64,000 nt of DNA from Oculina patagonica. Its lineage: Eukaryota. The notes below the pieces were generated by a model. It did not search any database. It saw nothing but the letters and a program-made list of their open reading frames with translations, and had not been told where the DNA came from. The position numbers and the translations under genes were made by a program. Within the stretch, counting starts at the first letter, position 1. The number at the start of each line of letters is the position of its first letter. Below are positions 62,523 to 64,000 of this stretch, in pieces. The DNA lies in contig NC_135761.1 in assembly GCF_052425735.1 (NCBI RefSeq), positions 36,952,001 to 37,016,000 of the forward strand, given 5' to 3'.

Positions 62523-63751
62523 TTATTCCTTCAAAGACTTGAAGGTCAGCAAAATATTGGCCGCTTCTTCTGTTTGTTCTGTGTGATCTCCATCATGGCC
62601 GGCAGAAGGATCAGAACCAAGAGACAACTTTTTAGCCATGTAAAGCTGCTCTTCCTCTTTCTCTGGTGTGTTAGGCGACAAGCAGAAACTGGTTGAGCTA
62701 GTAAAATTTCGCCGATCAGGGAAAGTTACACCGTAGCTCTCCAGTCGGACTCTGGTTTGCGAGCAACTTTCAGTAGTTGAGCTGTTTGCGGCGGCGTCAC
62801 GTTCTGGAAGAGTTGGAAGGCTGAGGCGCTTGTCGGAATTTTTCCTCTCAAGGAGAGACTTCACAATTTCTCGTCGAGGGGGTCCACTGGCCTCAATGAT
62901 TTCTTCACAAACGCAATGTCTTGCTGAATTTTTAGCCAGTTTCTTGATTTATTCTGGACATATTCTTCTGGGTATTCTTCAAGCAGCATGTCTTCCAGTT
63001 GTTTGTTAACAGACCCATGCACTCTATCAAAAGCTGCCTCCCGAGACCTTAGTTCTTGTTCTAGTTTAGTTGCTGATGTTTCTAATGCTTTTATTTTGTT
63101 CTTCTGCTCTTGAAGCTTCATCTTTTCGTCAGGATGTCGAGTTATTTCGCCACAAAAAAATGCTGACTTGCACTTTTCCATCTGACAACTGCAAACAGTA
63201 TGGTTTTTGTAATGGCAATTACTACATCGTTGGCCGGTAAGGTTATTTCTAGAAGAAGCCTCCTTTATTCTTCGGTTTTGGTCTTCGAGCACTTTTCGTT
63301 TTTCAGCTGCTTTTGCAAGTTTTTCCTCAATGGCGCGGCATTTTTCTTTGATAAATCGTTCTCCAGGGGACAGTAATCTCCGTCTACTTGTTGGGTGCGA
63401 GTCTTTGGTTTCAAATTGCGACCTTTGAGCTTCTTGTCCAACACTAGTCTCGTCTACAGTCAAAACAGTTTTTTTCCTCGCTGGGGATTTCGATGGACTT
63501 TTCTCTGAGGATGAGGAGAAGCTGAACTCAGCTTGAGGCCTTCCACGGTTCTGTATCGGCGTTCTGAGTCAGCCTACCATATTTAAAATGAGCCGTTTAT
63601 GCCCTTCAGGAATGGCAGCAAGATCATTCTCTCTAAGATACCTCGCGCTCGCAGTGCTCGTGAAGCCATTGCTTCTCAATTCACCGGCATAAACTAACAA
63701 ATCCTCGTCAACTTCTTTTAGAAAGTTTTCTATGCTTTTTCGATACTCCAT
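62523..63751 (-). pseudogene. Transposon ORF2 (~409 codons): SAM-like N-terminus, Cys/His knuckle, coiled coils; one premature stop and one frameshift
   Basis: ORFs 63569-63751 and 62861-63463 are in the same frame, separated only by the TGA at 63569-63571. A frameshift near 62870 leads into 62523-62864. Confidence 0.8.
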
Positions 63752-64000
63752 ATTCCTCAGATTTTCTTGACTTCTGCGACAATTTTAATGAGTGGACCAC
63801 GGATCACAAAAACACAACTCTGCCAAGCAAACTTCACATTTGGGCGGGGAAAGGTCAAAGTTTGATAAATGGAACGTAGACGTTTGAGTGACGTAAGCTT
63901 CGCAATTTGGGCGAAGAAACTTCAAAGTTTGACAGCTGAAACCCTGACGTTTGACGTCATTTGAAAACATGTTTGGAGCGTGTGCGCTCACAGGTAGATG

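Larger units (their letters stand above)
57954..64000 (+). mobile_element. Long-TIR IS630/Tc1/mariner transposon with two convergent genes (L31-like); right end runs off the window
   Basis: 57964-58130 is an imperfect reverse complement of 63832-64000. The candidate left terminus follows TA at 57952-57953. The element contains a DD37E transposase (+) and ORF2 (-). Confidence 0.85.

Noticed and set aside
1-64000. Prokaryotic or viral system
   Set aside because: Coding density is very low, with spliceosomal signals, SINEs, LINEs and MITEs throughout, and no operons or capsid/polymerase genes.

Overview
AT-rich eukaryotic genomic DNA. The SINE, MITE, Penelope, Helentron and Academ repeat repertoire points to a cnidarian, probably a stony coral (inference). 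I found no intact host gene; the window is a dense, nested field of transposon relics. From left to right it holds: a 118-bp GC-rich satellite; a ~3.1-3.4-kb tandem triplication carrying a kinase relic, a tRNA-derived element and an integrase relic; triple-nested MITEs; a piggyBac MITE; fragments of KDZ, BEL/Pao, L2/CR1, R2-like, Tx1/L1 and Penelope elements; a 50-bp minisatellite; a DUF6589/AcademH-like pseudogene; a 5-kb non-autonomous Helentron; Crypton and second kinase relics; and SAM-like pseudo-exons. The best-preserved structure is at the right end (~57,954 to beyond 64,000). It is a long-TIR IS630/Tc1/mariner element with two convergent genes: a DD37E transposase with a paired-like N-terminus, and an antisense ORF2 (SAM-like, Cys/His knuckle, coiled coil). 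The transposase is split at one TA by a 1.88-kb composite unit made of two direct-repeat MITE copies around 1.37 kb of non-coding cargo. Removing this unit restores an uninterrupted 347-aa ORF. All family assignments come from motif recognition by eye, not from database searches. Boundaries of degenerate relics are approximate.
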